This document shows positions 18,192 through 27,656 of a stretch of DNA of 64,000 bases, one piece after another. The first letter of the stretch is position 1, and the number at the start of each line of letters is the position of its first letter. The stretch spans positions 9,183-73,182 of the forward strand of contig JBEPVM010000001.1 of assembly GCA_041690995.1 (NCBI GenBank), written 5' to 3'. The DNA comes from Gammaproteobacteria bacterium. Lineage in GTDB: Bacteria; Pseudomonadota; Gammaproteobacteria; DSM-16500. Made by a program: the position numbers and the translations under genes. Under the pieces are notes generated by a model. That model did not search any database, was not told the DNA's origin, and saw nothing but the letters and a program-made list of their open reading frames with translations.

Positions 18192-18353
18192 CAATGTGAT
18201 TAACTCTATTAAAACCTGAGGAAAAAATAAAAAATGATTCACATAAGGGTTTCCCCTTAGAGGGAGTAATCATTGTGAAATCAATCTGTTATAACGTATT
18301 TAAAAAAATTATTTTCCTGTGATTTTGAAAGAGTGATTGGCCATGCACGAGAT

Positions 18354-19361
18354 TTAGCCTGTGTAGAAATCTGAAAACATCTTAGTGAGTTTTGCAGGCG
18401 CGCCTGGCTGTTCAGAGACTAGCTTGGGAACAAGATAGCCTGGCAATTGTTGTGCCATTTGCCAATGCAACGCCTGGGCTGTTTTTAATGCCATATCAAA
18501 ATGTGCTGCCCCTTGGACTTTATCAAGCAGATTCAAATAATAAGGCATAATTCCCGCAGAAAATAATGCTTCGCTTAAATGAATTAATATCTCTGCGTGA
18601 TCATTCACCCCTTTTAAAATAACAGATTGATTCAGCAATGTAATACCTGCTTTTGATAAAGACTTCATCGCATCAGTCACTGATTGATTGATTTCCTGCG
18701 GATGATTGCAATGCGTAACCAAAACAGGTTTAAGCCTGGAACCTGAAAACCAGGTGATAAATTCTGGCGTGATCCGTTCAGGCAAGAGGATAGGCATTCG
18801 GCTGTGAATACGTAATCGTTTGAGATGAGGAATTTTGCCGAGTTTTTGCGTAAAATCCGCTAGAAAATCATCATTCATGACTAAAGGATCACCCCCACTT
18901 AAAATCACTTCTGTAATCGTTTTGTCTTGCGCGATATAGGCAAAGGCTTGCGCCCAACCCGCAGTGCCGGGGTTGTTTTTAGCATACGGAAAACTACGTC
19001 TAAAACAATAACGACAATGAACACCACAAGCCCCTGCTAAAATAAGCAATACACGGCCGTGATATTTGTGTAATAACCCTGGAATAGGATTTGTTTTTGC
19101 TTCATCTAACGCATCTTGCGTGAAACCTGGGATAACATCATGTTCATCGCCTATCGGTAACACTTGGCGCAACAAAGGATCAGCCTGATTTCCTTTTTGC
19201 ATGCGGGCAATAAATCCACGTGGGACTTTTAGCGGAAAAAGCGCTGCGGCTGCTTTCGCCTGGTCAAGCAAGCTCACATCAAGTTCAAGCAATTCTAATA
19301 GCTCGCGGGGGTCAGTCACCGCTTCAATTAAAGCGGCCTGCCAATGGCTTTTGGTTGTCAT
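18354..19361 (-). CDS. epmB: EF-P beta-lysylation protein EpmB (lysine 2,3-aminomutase-like radical SAM enzyme)
   Basis: 335 aa with the radical-SAM cluster motif CGVHCRYCFRR. It is divergent from efp as in E. coli (yjeK-efp). Confidence 0.9.
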   Translation of the reverse strand: MTTKSHWQAALIEAVTDPRELLELLELDVSLLDQAKAAAALFPLKVPRGFIARMQKGNQADPLLRQVLPIGDEHDVIPGFTQDALDEAKTNPIPGLLHKYHGRVLLILAGACGVHCRYCFRRSFPYAKNNPGTAGWAQAFAYIAQDKTITEVILSGGDPLVMNDDFLADFTQKLGKIPHLKRLRIHSRMPILLPERITPEFITWFSGSRLKPVLVTHCNHPQEINQSVTDAMKSLSKAGITLLNQSVILKGVNDHAEILIHLSEALFSAGIMPYYLNLLDKVQGAAHFDMALKTAQALHWQMAQQLPGYLVPKLVSEQPGAPAKLTKMFSDFYTG

Positions 19362-19441
19362 AAGTAATTTTTTATTTTTTATCTTTTGATTATTGAACAG
19401 AGAACGCTATTATATAGCAAAATCTATTCAAGGGGAAAAGA

Positions 19442-20014
19442 ATGGCTGTTTATACAACAAATGAAATTCGCGGTGGTATGAAAATTATTGTCGATAATGA
19501 CCCTTGCGTCATTTTAGAGAATGAATTTGTTAAACCAGGGAAAGGCCAGGCGTTTAATCGTATTAAATACCGTAACTTAAAAACAGGCCGGGTGGTTGAG
19601 CGTACCTATAAATCAGGCGAGAACCTGGAAGCGGCGGATGTTTCTGAAGTTGAAGCACAGTATCTCTATAACGATGGCACGCATTCGCACTTTATGGTGC
19701 AAGATACTTTTGAGCAATTTGTCATGACGGATGCTGAGATGGGCGATGCTAAACAATGGATTAAAGAACAAGCTATCTGCATGTTAATGTTATGGAATGG
19801 CACGCCGCTTGGAGTGACACCGCCTAATTTTGTGATTTTAAAAATTATTGAAACAGATCCAGGCATACGTGGCGATACCTCGGGCGGAGGGGGCAAGCCT
19901 GCTAAATTAGAAACAGGCGCTGTCGTGCGTGTACCTTTGTTTGTGCAAACAGGCGAGTTTATTAAAGTTGATACGCGTACAGGGGTCTATGTCTCGAGAG
20001 CAAAAGAAGAATAA
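19442..20014 (+). CDS. efp: translation elongation factor P
   Basis: 190 aa starting [50 protein letters not shown], with the modified-lysine loop KPGKGQA. Confidence 0.95.
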   Translation: MAVYTTNEIRGGMKIIVDNDPCVILENEFVKPGKGQAFNRIKYRNLKTGRVVERTYKSGENLEAADVSEVEAQYLYNDGTHSHFMVQDTFEQFVMTDAEMGDAKQWIKEQAICMLMLWNGTPLGVTPPNFVILKIIETDPGIRGDTSGGGGKPAKLETGAVVRVPLFVQTGEFIKVDTRTGVYVSRAKEE

Positions 20015-20017
20015 AGA

Positions 20018-20992
20018 ATGACAGCTACAAACGAAGAGTGGAGACCAACCGCTTCGATTGCCCTATTGGTTCAACGTGCCCAGATCATACATCGTATCCG
20101 TGCGTTTTTTGAAGCACGTCACGTGATAGAAGTGGAAACGCCCATTTTATCGCATGCAACGGTGACCAATCCGCACATCATGAGCATAGAAGCTTATTTT
20201 AAAAAAATAGGCTCAACAGAAAACGAAGTGTGTTATCTGCAAACATCCCCTGAATATGCAATGAAACGTTTATTAGCGGCAGGGATGGGGTCTATTTTTC
20301 AGATCACTAAATCTTTCCGTCAAGGTGAGATAGGAAGATTACATAACCCCGAGTTTAGTATGCTGGAATGGTATCGTGTGGGGTTTGATCATCATCAATT
20401 AATGGATGAACTGAGTGAATTGTTACTCGCATTACAATTCCCTCAAGCGGAGCGTATGAGCGTTGCTCAAGTTTATCAATCTTTTTTGGGAATCAATCCG
20501 CACAGCGCGACTATTTCTGAATTAAAAGACTGTGCGGCGCAATATATCCAACCGCTACCCGGGTTGCCAGAAGATAAAAACAGTTATTTAGATTTATTAT
20601 TTACGCATTGTATTGAACCATCTTTAGGTTTTAATGTGCCTCTTTTTATTTATGATTTTCCAGTGTCTCAAGCAAGTTTGGCAAAAATTCGTCAGGAAAA
20701 CCCGCCTGTCGCGTCTCGTTTTGAACTCTATTTCAAGGGGATAGAATTGGCAAACGGCTTTCATGAGCTACAAGATGCAAATGAACAGAGACATCGGTTC
20801 AAAAAAGAATTAGACTATCGTATAAAACATAATATAGCCAATGTTCCTATTGACGAGCATTTATTGAGCGCCTTGAGTCACGGCTTGCCTGATTGCTCAG
20901 GAGTGGCATTAGGCTTGGATCGGCTTGTGATGTTGGCTTTAGGGCAGGAAGCGATTTCAAAGGTATTAAGCTTTGCGTTTTTAAATGCTTAG
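20018..20992 (+). CDS. epmA: EF-P--(R)-beta-lysine ligase EpmA (PoxA/GenX, truncated LysRS paralog)
   Basis: 324 aa with a class II aaRS core (FRQGEIGRLHNPEFSMLEWY, ELANGFHEL, GVALGLDRLVML) and no anticodon-binding domain. It sits 3 nt after efp. Confidence 0.9.
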   Translation: MTATNEEWRPTASIALLVQRAQIIHRIRAFFEARHVIEVETPILSHATVTNPHIMSIEAYFKKIGSTENEVCYLQTSPEYAMKRLLAAGMGSIFQITKSFRQGEIGRLHNPEFSMLEWYRVGFDHHQLMDELSELLLALQFPQAERMSVAQVYQSFLGINPHSATISELKDCAAQYIQPLPGLPEDKNSYLDLLFTHCIEPSLGFNVPLFIYDFPVSQASLAKIRQENPPVASRFELYFKGIELANGFHELQDANEQRHRFKKELDYRIKHNIANVPIDEHLLSALSHGLPDCSGVALGLDRLVMLALGQEAISKVLSFAFLNA

Positions 20993-21120
20993 TATAACCT
21001 GTTGATTATATTCTTTAATTTAAAAAACCAGGATGGCTATATTTATTATAAAAGCTAAAATCGCTTGTTTTTTGCCCATTTTTAAAGCATAATAGGTTTT
21101 TTTGTGAAAAGGTTACTTAC

Positions 21121-22032
21121 ATGACTATAGATGCCCCGCTACATGAGTCAGCAATCGATGATGATAATCATGACAATAATACACAAACGCACAGGCCTTT
21201 TGAACAAACCTCAACTCTAGGGAGTAGAATATTAAACGCAATAGGCAGCTTTGTCGGTGAAGGTGGTGGTACTATCGGTAGCGCATTTCACCTTTCGCCG
21301 ATGCTGCGCCTTTGCCCGCCATTCGCCTATTTTTGTTATGCCTTCGCAGAATTTTTGAGGGGCATTTGCTATCTAATATTGTTATGTGTTCCATCTTTTA
21401 CATATAGCCGATCTGAACTTCGGAGTCTTTCTTCCTTAATAGCCGGAGCTATTGCTCATTTCACTGTTACCACATGTTATGTGTTAACAGCACTGATATT
21501 TCTTGGGGTACTAGGCACTCCTCCTCTTGGATGGGTATTAGCTGCAGTGGGAACAAGTATGGGCTGGGCAAAAAACGATATAGGAAATGAAGGATGTTAC
21601 TCTGGTTTATTGGTCGCAGTTGGCATGATTATACTGGCTGTCAATGCTTTTGTTTTTTCACCGATTCTTTTGCCTTCTCTCGGTATGTCCTATATTGCTG
21701 CTGCGGGTTATGCTTGTATGGTTCCGAGTCTTCTGAAGGGCGTTGCATCGGCTGTAGAAATAGTCTGCTCTTTAGGGAAAAAATTATATCAATGTTATTG
21801 TAGGCCTCAGTCCGCTAGCGATCTTTTGATAGAACAATTATCACCACCACCATCAAAATCACCGAACAGTCCATCGCTTTGTCGAGTACCTTCGCAATCC
21901 TCAACATCTTCTACTACCAATGACCCCACCCACTATGGTAATCTCATGCGTCCATTACCATCAGATGTATCCCTTGATCCGTTCTCTGAAAGCGGGACGG
22001 TAAAGGAAATGGGTAGTCTGAGTTCTAAGTAA
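21121..22032 (+). CDS. hypothetical polytopic membrane protein with acidic N-terminus and Ser/Pro-rich C-terminal tail
   Basis: 303 aa with several hydrophobic segments between about aa 60 and 220. The tail reads ...SPPPSKSPNSPSLCRVPSQSSTSSTTNDP.... I do not recognise a family. Confidence 0.5.
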   Translation: MTIDAPLHESAIDDDNHDNNTQTHRPFEQTSTLGSRILNAIGSFVGEGGGTIGSAFHLSPMLRLCPPFAYFCYAFAEFLRGICYLILLCVPSFTYSRSELRSLSSLIAGAIAHFTVTTCYVLTALIFLGVLGTPPLGWVLAAVGTSMGWAKNDIGNEGCYSGLLVAVGMIILAVNAFVFSPILLPSLGMSYIAAAGYACMVPSLLKGVASAVEIVCSLGKKLYQCYCRPQSASDLLIEQLSPPPSKSPNSPSLCRVPSQSSTSSTTNDPTHYGNLMRPLPSDVSLDPFSESGTVKEMGSLSSK

Positions 22033-22046
22033 TTAAACAAGAAGAT

Positions 22047-22481
22047 ATGCAAAAATCTAAAATACTCATCATCTGGTCCAATTATTATGAAGTTCTTGCA
22101 GAGCAGCAGCTCGAAAGTTGCGTACAACTTTTAAAACAATCTCATTATGATTACGTCATAGAAACTGTCAAAGCGGGCACGTATGAAATACCTGCCGTGA
22201 TAAAACACTATCATCAGCATCAACCTTTTGAGGGTTATATTCCCTTAAGTTTATTACTCAAAGGCGAGACAGATCAATACGAATTTATCTGGGACCATAT
22301 TAAAGAATGCTTTATTCGATTCACGATGGAAGGTCTCGCCATAGGCAATGGGATTATTTCTGCTTCCACGATGGCGCTATTAAAATCCAGAGTTGAAAAT
22401 GGTGAACGTGTTAAAGAAGCATTTAATGCGGTGGATTATTTAATAAAATTAAAAAAGAAGATGCTGAATAACATACCGTAA
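22047..22481 (+). CDS. lumazine synthase (RibH) family protein, divergent
   Basis: 144 aa. KILIIWSNYYEVLAEQQLESC, VKAGTYEIPAVIK and LLLKGETDQYEFIWDHI align by eye with the RibH segments ARFNxxI, VPGAFEIPLVAK and AVIRGATPHFDYVA. Confidence 0.55.
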   Translation: MQKSKILIIWSNYYEVLAEQQLESCVQLLKQSHYDYVIETVKAGTYEIPAVIKHYHQHQPFEGYIPLSLLLKGETDQYEFIWDHIKECFIRFTMEGLAIGNGIISASTMALLKSRVENGERVKEAFNAVDYLIKLKKKMLNNIP

Positions 22482-22491
22482 TATTCCCTTT

Positions 22492-22566
22492 TTTCCGTTA
22501 CGTTAAGCACTGTTACGTTAAACACCGTTACGGTAATTACCGTAACGGTGTTTAACGTAACGGAAA
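22492..22566. terminator. long GC-poor hairpin between convergent ribH-like and suhB genes (probable bidirectional terminator)
   Basis: TTTCCGTTACGTTAA[GCACTGTTACGTTAA]ACACCGTTACGGTAA / TTACCGTAACGGTGTTTAACGTAACGGAAA forms 30-bp complementary arms. The left arm carries a 15-nt internal duplication. T-rich and A-rich flanks are present. Confidence 0.6.
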
Positions 22567-22621
22567 GAACCATTATTCTATGTTAAGCAGTATATTTGCA
22601 ATCGCGTAGACGAAACTATTC

Positions 22622-23419
22622 TTATAAAACAGAAGAAAAATGTGGTTTAATTTTTTTTAATAATAATTTTACTATTTTTGGATTGCCTGTGATGATATCC
22701 CCACTTTCTAAATAATTATCGCCGCCATCCATATCAAAAACTAATCCACCTGCTTCTTTAATCAGTAAGATTCCTGCAGCAATGTCCCATATTTTCAACC
22801 CTTTCTCCCAAAAACCATCCAGTCGTCCACAAGCGACATACGCTAAATCAAGAGTGGCAGCACCTGGGCGGCGAATGTCACCACATAAAGGAATCATGGT
22901 TTTCATCATATCTAAATAAGCAGTGAGATGAGGTGCAGAGTGGCGGCTTGTAAAACCTGTTGCGAATAGACAATCCTCAAGTTGAGTGCGTGTGCTGACT
23001 CGAATACGCTTGTCATTGAGTCTTGCGCCTTTGCCGCGACTTGCGGTAAATAATTCTTGACGTAATGGGTCGTAGATTACGCCGTGTTCGATTTTGCCTC
23101 TGTAACGAATGCCAATAGACACTGCAAATTGCGGAAAGCCATGAATAAAATTACGCGTGCCGTCAATAGGGTCAATAATCCACGTGTACTCTTTGCCGAT
23201 GGTTTCGCCACTTTCCTCTCCTATAATGCCGTGTTGAGGATGCGCTTTGCGGATAATGGCAATAATTTCTTGCTCTGCTTGTCGGTCAATATCTGTGACA
23301 TAATCATTAGGTTTTTTTTGGCTGACTTGAATAGTATCAGGGCGATCAAGCGCTCGAATGATAACATTCCCTGCGGCGCGAGCGGCTTTAACAGCGATAT
23401 TGAGTATAGGGTCGCGCAT
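22622..23419 (-). CDS. suhB: inositol monophosphatase family protein SuhB
   Basis: 265 aa with motifs IIGEESG, WIIDPIDGT and WDIAAG. Confidence 0.9.
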   Translation of the reverse strand: MRDPILNIAVKAARAAGNVIIRALDRPDTIQVSQKKPNDYVTDIDRQAEQEIIAIIRKAHPQHGIIGEESGETIGKEYTWIIDPIDGTRNFIHGFPQFAVSIGIRYRGKIEHGVIYDPLRQELFTASRGKGARLNDKRIRVSTRTQLEDCLFATGFTSRHSAPHLTAYLDMMKTMIPLCGDIRRPGAATLDLAYVACGRLDGFWEKGLKIWDIAAGILLIKEAGGLVFDMDGGDNYLESGDIITGNPKIVKLLLKKIKPHFSSVL

Positions 23420-23526
23420 AATTTAATCAAAACACTCGTGCTTGTGAAAAAGAGCAAGAAAAACTTCGGCTAGCATAACAAATTTTCTGTAAGATGCCAC
23501 GGGATAGTTTTAATAGGAAAAAATGA

Positions 23527-24237
23527 ATGTTAGACAATATTCGCATTGTATTAGTCAATACCTCACACCCAGGAAATATTGGTGCGGCTGCGCGCGCCAT
23601 GAAAACGATGGGTCTAAAAACGCTCTATCTGGTGGCGCCTCACGCTTTCCCGCATGATAAAGCCAACGAAATGGCAGTCGGTGCATCTGATCTATTAGAT
23701 AACGCGGTTGTCGTAAATGAGTTAGCAGAAGCCATCGCAGATTGCGGTTTGGTGGTGGGGGCAAGCGCGCGTTCACGTACGATTCCCTGGCCAATGTTAA
23801 CGCCTCGCGCATTTGCTGAAAAAGCAATCCCTGAAGCCATTCATCATAAAATCGCGGTGGTTTTGGGGCGGGAACAATCAGGGTTAACAAATGAAGAACT
23901 CCATTGCTGTCATTTTCATTTACAAATTCCTTGCCATCCTGATTATACTTCTTTAAATGTTGCCGCAGCCGTGCAGGTTATTGCGTATGAACTCTATATA
24001 GCGAACCTGGATAAGGATGTGCCTGAAATACGGGACTATGAGTATGCCACTGCGGAAAGCATGCAAAATTTTTATGAACATTTGGAACGTGTATTAATTG
24101 ACATTGATTTTTTAAATATAAAAGCACCTCGACAGCTAATGACGCGTTTACAACGCCTGTTTAATCGCGCTAGACTGGACGCCATGGAAATTAATATCTT
24201 ACGCGGGATTCTAGGGGCAGTGGAGAAAAAGAAATAG
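23527..24237 (+). CDS. trmJ: tRNA (cytidine/uridine-2'-O)-methyltransferase TrmJ (SpoU/TrmH class)
   Basis: 236 aa with IRIVLVNTSHPGNIGAAARAMKTMG and GREQSGLTNEEL...LNVAAAVQV. It is divergent from suhB as in E. coli. Confidence 0.8.
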   Translation: MLDNIRIVLVNTSHPGNIGAAARAMKTMGLKTLYLVAPHAFPHDKANEMAVGASDLLDNAVVVNELAEAIADCGLVVGASARSRTIPWPMLTPRAFAEKAIPEAIHHKIAVVLGREQSGLTNEELHCCHFHLQIPCHPDYTSLNVAAAVQVIAYELYIANLDKDVPEIRDYEYATAESMQNFYEHLERVLIDIDFLNIKAPRQLMTRLQRLFNRARLDAMEINILRGILGAVEKKK

Positions 24238-25766
24238 TGTTTATAAAGAAAAATGCAACGACTTTTTATATTTTTATAACGTCTATTATTTTAATCACGT
24301 GGCTTGCCTATTTTGTTCAAACAAAGATTCTTTTTTCGCCTGATGTCGGATATTTACTGCTTGCTGCTGATCAAATGCTGGCGGGCGGGCATTATGCCAA
24401 AGCATTTTTTGAAACAAATCCACCCATGATTTTATATTTATATTTTCCCGTCTGTTTATTAGCCAAGCATGCCGCTATTACTATTTTTACTGCTTTACGT
24501 TTATATATCATATCCCTTAGTCTTATTTCGGCGGCGCTAAATTTTTTTTTATTAAAAAAATTAATGAAAGAGCAAGATAAGATACTCATTTATTTTTTAT
24601 TTTATACGTTACTTTTAACAATGTTATTTTTGCCTTTATTTGTTTTTGGACAGCGAGAGCATGTATTATTGATAGTAATGTTGCCGTATTTGTTTTCCGC
24701 AGCGCTGGCATTAGAAAAAAAATCGATTCCTCAATCACTTGCATTGCTCATTGGTCTTCTTGCGGGGGTTGGTTTTGCTATTAAGCCATTTTTTTTAGCC
24801 GTACCTTTTTTAATTGAGCTTTATTTTATAGTAAAGCAGCGTTCTCTATTTGCCTGGGTTAGAACCGAATCTATCGTTATTCTTTTCGTGTTAGTGAGTT
24901 ATGGTGTTTCTCTCTTCATGTTCCAGCCAGAGTATATTCACATCATAACACCGTTGCTCTTTCATTATTATTTTCCCACCACTCGAGATCCTTGGAGTGC
25001 TCTCCTTACATTACCGAATGTATTATTTTGCTTATCCATGATAATAAGCTACTGTTTTATTCATCAATATGATCGTTATCCTACATTAGGCAGAGTATTA
25101 TTTTTAGCATTGATAGGGATGGCTATTGCATTTTTAATTCCTCAAACACCCTGGTATTATCATGTATTGCCTGCTTTTGGTTTAAGTATTTTATTATTAG
25201 CGCACTTGGCAGGACAAATCATATCGGGGTTTTTGAGTATCTTTCTGGCATCACTAGCAGGAATAATATTATTGTTTTTGCCTTTTAATAACTGTTATCA
25301 ACTGCTGAATTATATTCATCAACTTAAAAAACAGGTTCCCAGTACTCAAATCAACGCTTATTTTAGCCAGCATCAGATTCCTCAAGCGCATCGCTCTATC
25401 ACGTGCTTTGGAGTTAAAACGCTCGATTGTTTTCCATTGGTTTATTTAACGAATAGTCATTATGGTTCGCGGTATCCTGCTTTCTGGTGGTTTGTCGGAT
25501 TACGCACGTTAGAGAAAAATGGCCAACTTGTTGCTCAAATTCAAAATAAAAATTATTTTATTAATATTATTGCGGATGATTTGACACGGGACCATACTCA
25601 ATTAGTCTTGATTAACGAAAAAGCATTTAAAGAGATTGAAAACAAGCAATTTGATATAGTACATTATTTATCAGAGAATAAGAAGTTTCGCGAGGCTTGG
25701 CGTCATTATCACTATGTAATGACGGTGTATCCTTATAAAATTTATCAGTTGAAAGGGATCTTTTGA
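24237..25766 (+). CDS. polytopic membrane protein, GT-C fold (ArnT/PMT-like) glycosyltransferase candidate
   Basis: 509 aa with about 11-13 hydrophobic helices and then a soluble C-terminal domain. An Asp-containing first loop (SPDVGYLLLAADQM) is present. The GTG start overlaps the trmJ stop by 1 nt. It is paired with a polyprenol-phosphate GT2 gene. Confidence 0.45.
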   Translation: MFIKKNATTFYIFITSIILITWLAYFVQTKILFSPDVGYLLLAADQMLAGGHYAKAFFETNPPMILYLYFPVCLLAKHAAITIFTALRLYIISLSLISAALNFFLLKKLMKEQDKILIYFLFYTLLLTMLFLPLFVFGQREHVLLIVMLPYLFSAALALEKKSIPQSLALLIGLLAGVGFAIKPFFLAVPFLIELYFIVKQRSLFAWVRTESIVILFVLVSYGVSLFMFQPEYIHIITPLLFHYYFPTTRDPWSALLTLPNVLFCLSMIISYCFIHQYDRYPTLGRVLFLALIGMAIAFLIPQTPWYYHVLPAFGLSILLLAHLAGQIISGFLSIFLASLAGIILLFLPFNNCYQLLNYIHQLKKQVPSTQINAYFSQHQIPQAHRSITCFGVKTLDCFPLVYLTNSHYGSRYPAFWWFVGLRTLEKNGQLVAQIQNKNYFINIIADDLTRDHTQLVLINEKAFKEIENKQFDIVHYLSENKKFREAWRHYHYVMTVYPYKIYQLKGIF

Positions 25767-25800
25767 AAAAGGCTCTTCTCAAAAAGACTAGGGAAACAGA

Positions 25801-26514
25801 ATGGATACTAATTTTTCGATTATCATACCGACTTTTCAAGAAGCAAAAAACATTCCACTGCTAATTAAACGAATTGCAGGCGTTGATTTTGGTACACGCC
25901 ATTTTGAAGTGATTCTTTCGGATGATAATAGCCAGGATGGAACAGATGAAGTGGTGCAAGCGCTAACGCCTCACTATCCCTGGTTGCGTTTATTAAAACG
26001 TCAAGGTAAAAAAGATTTAAGTCAATCTGTTATAGATGGCATCCGGGAAGCGCAATATCCTATTTGTATTACGTTAGATGCTGATTTAAGCCATCCACCC
26101 GAAAAAATTCCTGAAATGTTAGAAGCCTTGGAAAAACCTAACGTAGATTTAGTGATTGGCTCGCGTTATATTACAGGGGGTAGTAGTGATGTGCTTTGGC
26201 CTTTGTCTCGTCGATTGCTTTCTCATGCTGCTGCTTTGCTCGCGCGTTTATTGCTTGCAGTGCCTGCAAAAGATCCTTTATCAGGTTATTTAGTTTTTAG
26301 AAAAAAAACATTTTTTTCAGGTGCGCCTTTAGAACCGATTGGTTGGAAATTAGGTCTTGAATTTATTGTTAAGTGTCGCTGTAAAAATATCACAGAAATT
26401 CCTATTTATTTTTCAGAGCGTGTAATAGGCGTCAGTAAAGTGAATATGGCAGTGGGGATTAACTATATCAAACATCTTCAACGGTTAATCTGGTTTAAAA
26501 TGTTCGCGTCATGA
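25801..26514 (+). CDS. GT2 polyprenol-phosphate glycosyltransferase (Dpm1/ArnC-like)
   Basis: 237 aa with [45 protein letters not shown] and DLVIGSRY. Confidence 0.8.
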   Translation: MDTNFSIIIPTFQEAKNIPLLIKRIAGVDFGTRHFEVILSDDNSQDGTDEVVQALTPHYPWLRLLKRQGKKDLSQSVIDGIREAQYPICITLDADLSHPPEKIPEMLEALEKPNVDLVIGSRYITGGSSDVLWPLSRRLLSHAAALLARLLLAVPAKDPLSGYLVFRKKTFFSGAPLEPIGWKLGLEFIVKCRCKNITEIPIYFSERVIGVSKVNMAVGINYIKHLQRLIWFKMFAS

Positions 26515-27656
26515 AATTACCAGTTTATTTAGATTATGCTGCAACGACACCTGTTGATCCGCGTGTTGCTGACAAAATGCTACGTTACCTTACATTCGAT
26601 GGCCATTATGGTAATCCAGCTTCTATGCATCCTTATGGCCAAACGGCTAAAAAAGCAGTGGATGATGCACGTGCTCAAATCGCTGAATTAATCTATGCTG
26701 AGCCTTCCGAAATTATTTGGACGTCAGGTGCCACAGAAGCAAATAATTTAGCGTTAAAAGGTGCGGCCATGCTGCATCAGCGCAAAGGTAAACATATTAT
26801 TACTTTAAAAACAGAGCATCCCTCTGTACTCGATTGTTGTCAAGAATTAGAAAAAAAAGGATTTTCAGTGACCTATCTTTCACCCAAAAAAAATGGATTG
26901 ATAGATATTGATGAATTCGCTGCTGCCTTGCGAGAAGACACTATACTGGTTTCAATCATGCATATTAATAATGAAATTGGCGTCATTCAAGATATTAATG
27001 CGATTGCAAATCTCACTGCGAGTCGCGGTATTTTATTTCATGTGGATGCAGCGCAAAGCGCTGGAAAAATTCCACTGAATATGCAAAAAATGCCTGTCGA
27101 TCTTTTATCAGTTTGTGCGCATAAAATTTATGGACCCAAAGGGATAGGGGCGTTATATCTACGACGGAAACCCCGAGTGCGTGTTGCGCCACAAATACAC
27201 GGCGGCGGACAAGAGCAAGGCATGCGTTCCGGCACGTTACCTGTTCATCAAATTGTAGGCATGGGAGAAGCCTTTGCTATCGCCAAACAGGAAATGCAGA
27301 CGGATTACACTAAACTTTTTGAACTACGGCAGCAATTTTGGCAAGGCATTGAAAAATTAAATATCATAAAAACCAATACAGATTTTTTAAATTCTTTTCC
27401 TGGCATTCTCAATATTCGTTTCTCGGATATTCCTGCGCATACATTATTAAATGCACTGCCAGACATTGCGTTTTCTGTTGGCTCCGCCTGCCACAATAGC
27501 AACGAGCCTTCACCTGTTCTGCGCGCAATAGGCTTAACAGCAGAAGAAGCATTAAGTTCGGCGCGTTTTTCACTCGGTCGTTTTACGACAGAGGAAGAAA
27601 TTAACTTTGCTGCGTGGCAGATTAATGAGGTATTAATCAGTATTAAAATTAGATAA
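26511..27656 (+). CDS. cysteine desulfurase (NifS/IscS family, PLP-dependent)
   Basis: 381 aa with [14 protein letters not shown], the PLP lysine region [17 protein letters not shown], and the active-site Cys region VGSACHN. It has an ATGA overlap with the GT2 gene. No iscR/iscU/iscA follows. Confidence 0.85.
   Translation: MKLPVYLDYAATTPVDPRVADKMLRYLTFDGHYGNPASMHPYGQTAKKAVDDARAQIAELIYAEPSEIIWTSGATEANNLALKGAAMLHQRKGKHIITLKTEHPSVLDCCQELEKKGFSVTYLSPKKNGLIDIDEFAAALREDTILVSIMHINNEIGVIQDINAIANLTASRGILFHVDAAQSAGKIPLNMQKMPVDLLSVCAHKIYGPKGIGALYLRRKPRVRVAPQIHGGGQEQGMRSGTLPVHQIVGMGEAFAIAKQEMQTDYTKLFELRQQFWQGIEKLNIIKTNTDFLNSFPGILNIRFSDIPAHTLLNALPDIAFSVGSACHNSNEPSPVLRAIGLTAEEALSSARFSLGRFTTEEEINFAAWQINEVLISIKIR

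Noticed and set aside
17988-18242. 84-aa track ORF in the spacer between epmB and the methyltransferase operon.
   Set aside because: It has no convincing RBS and a hydrophobic low-complexity composition. It spans the DnaA-box palindrome. The region is more likely non-coding regulatory DNA. A small membrane peptide cannot be excluded.
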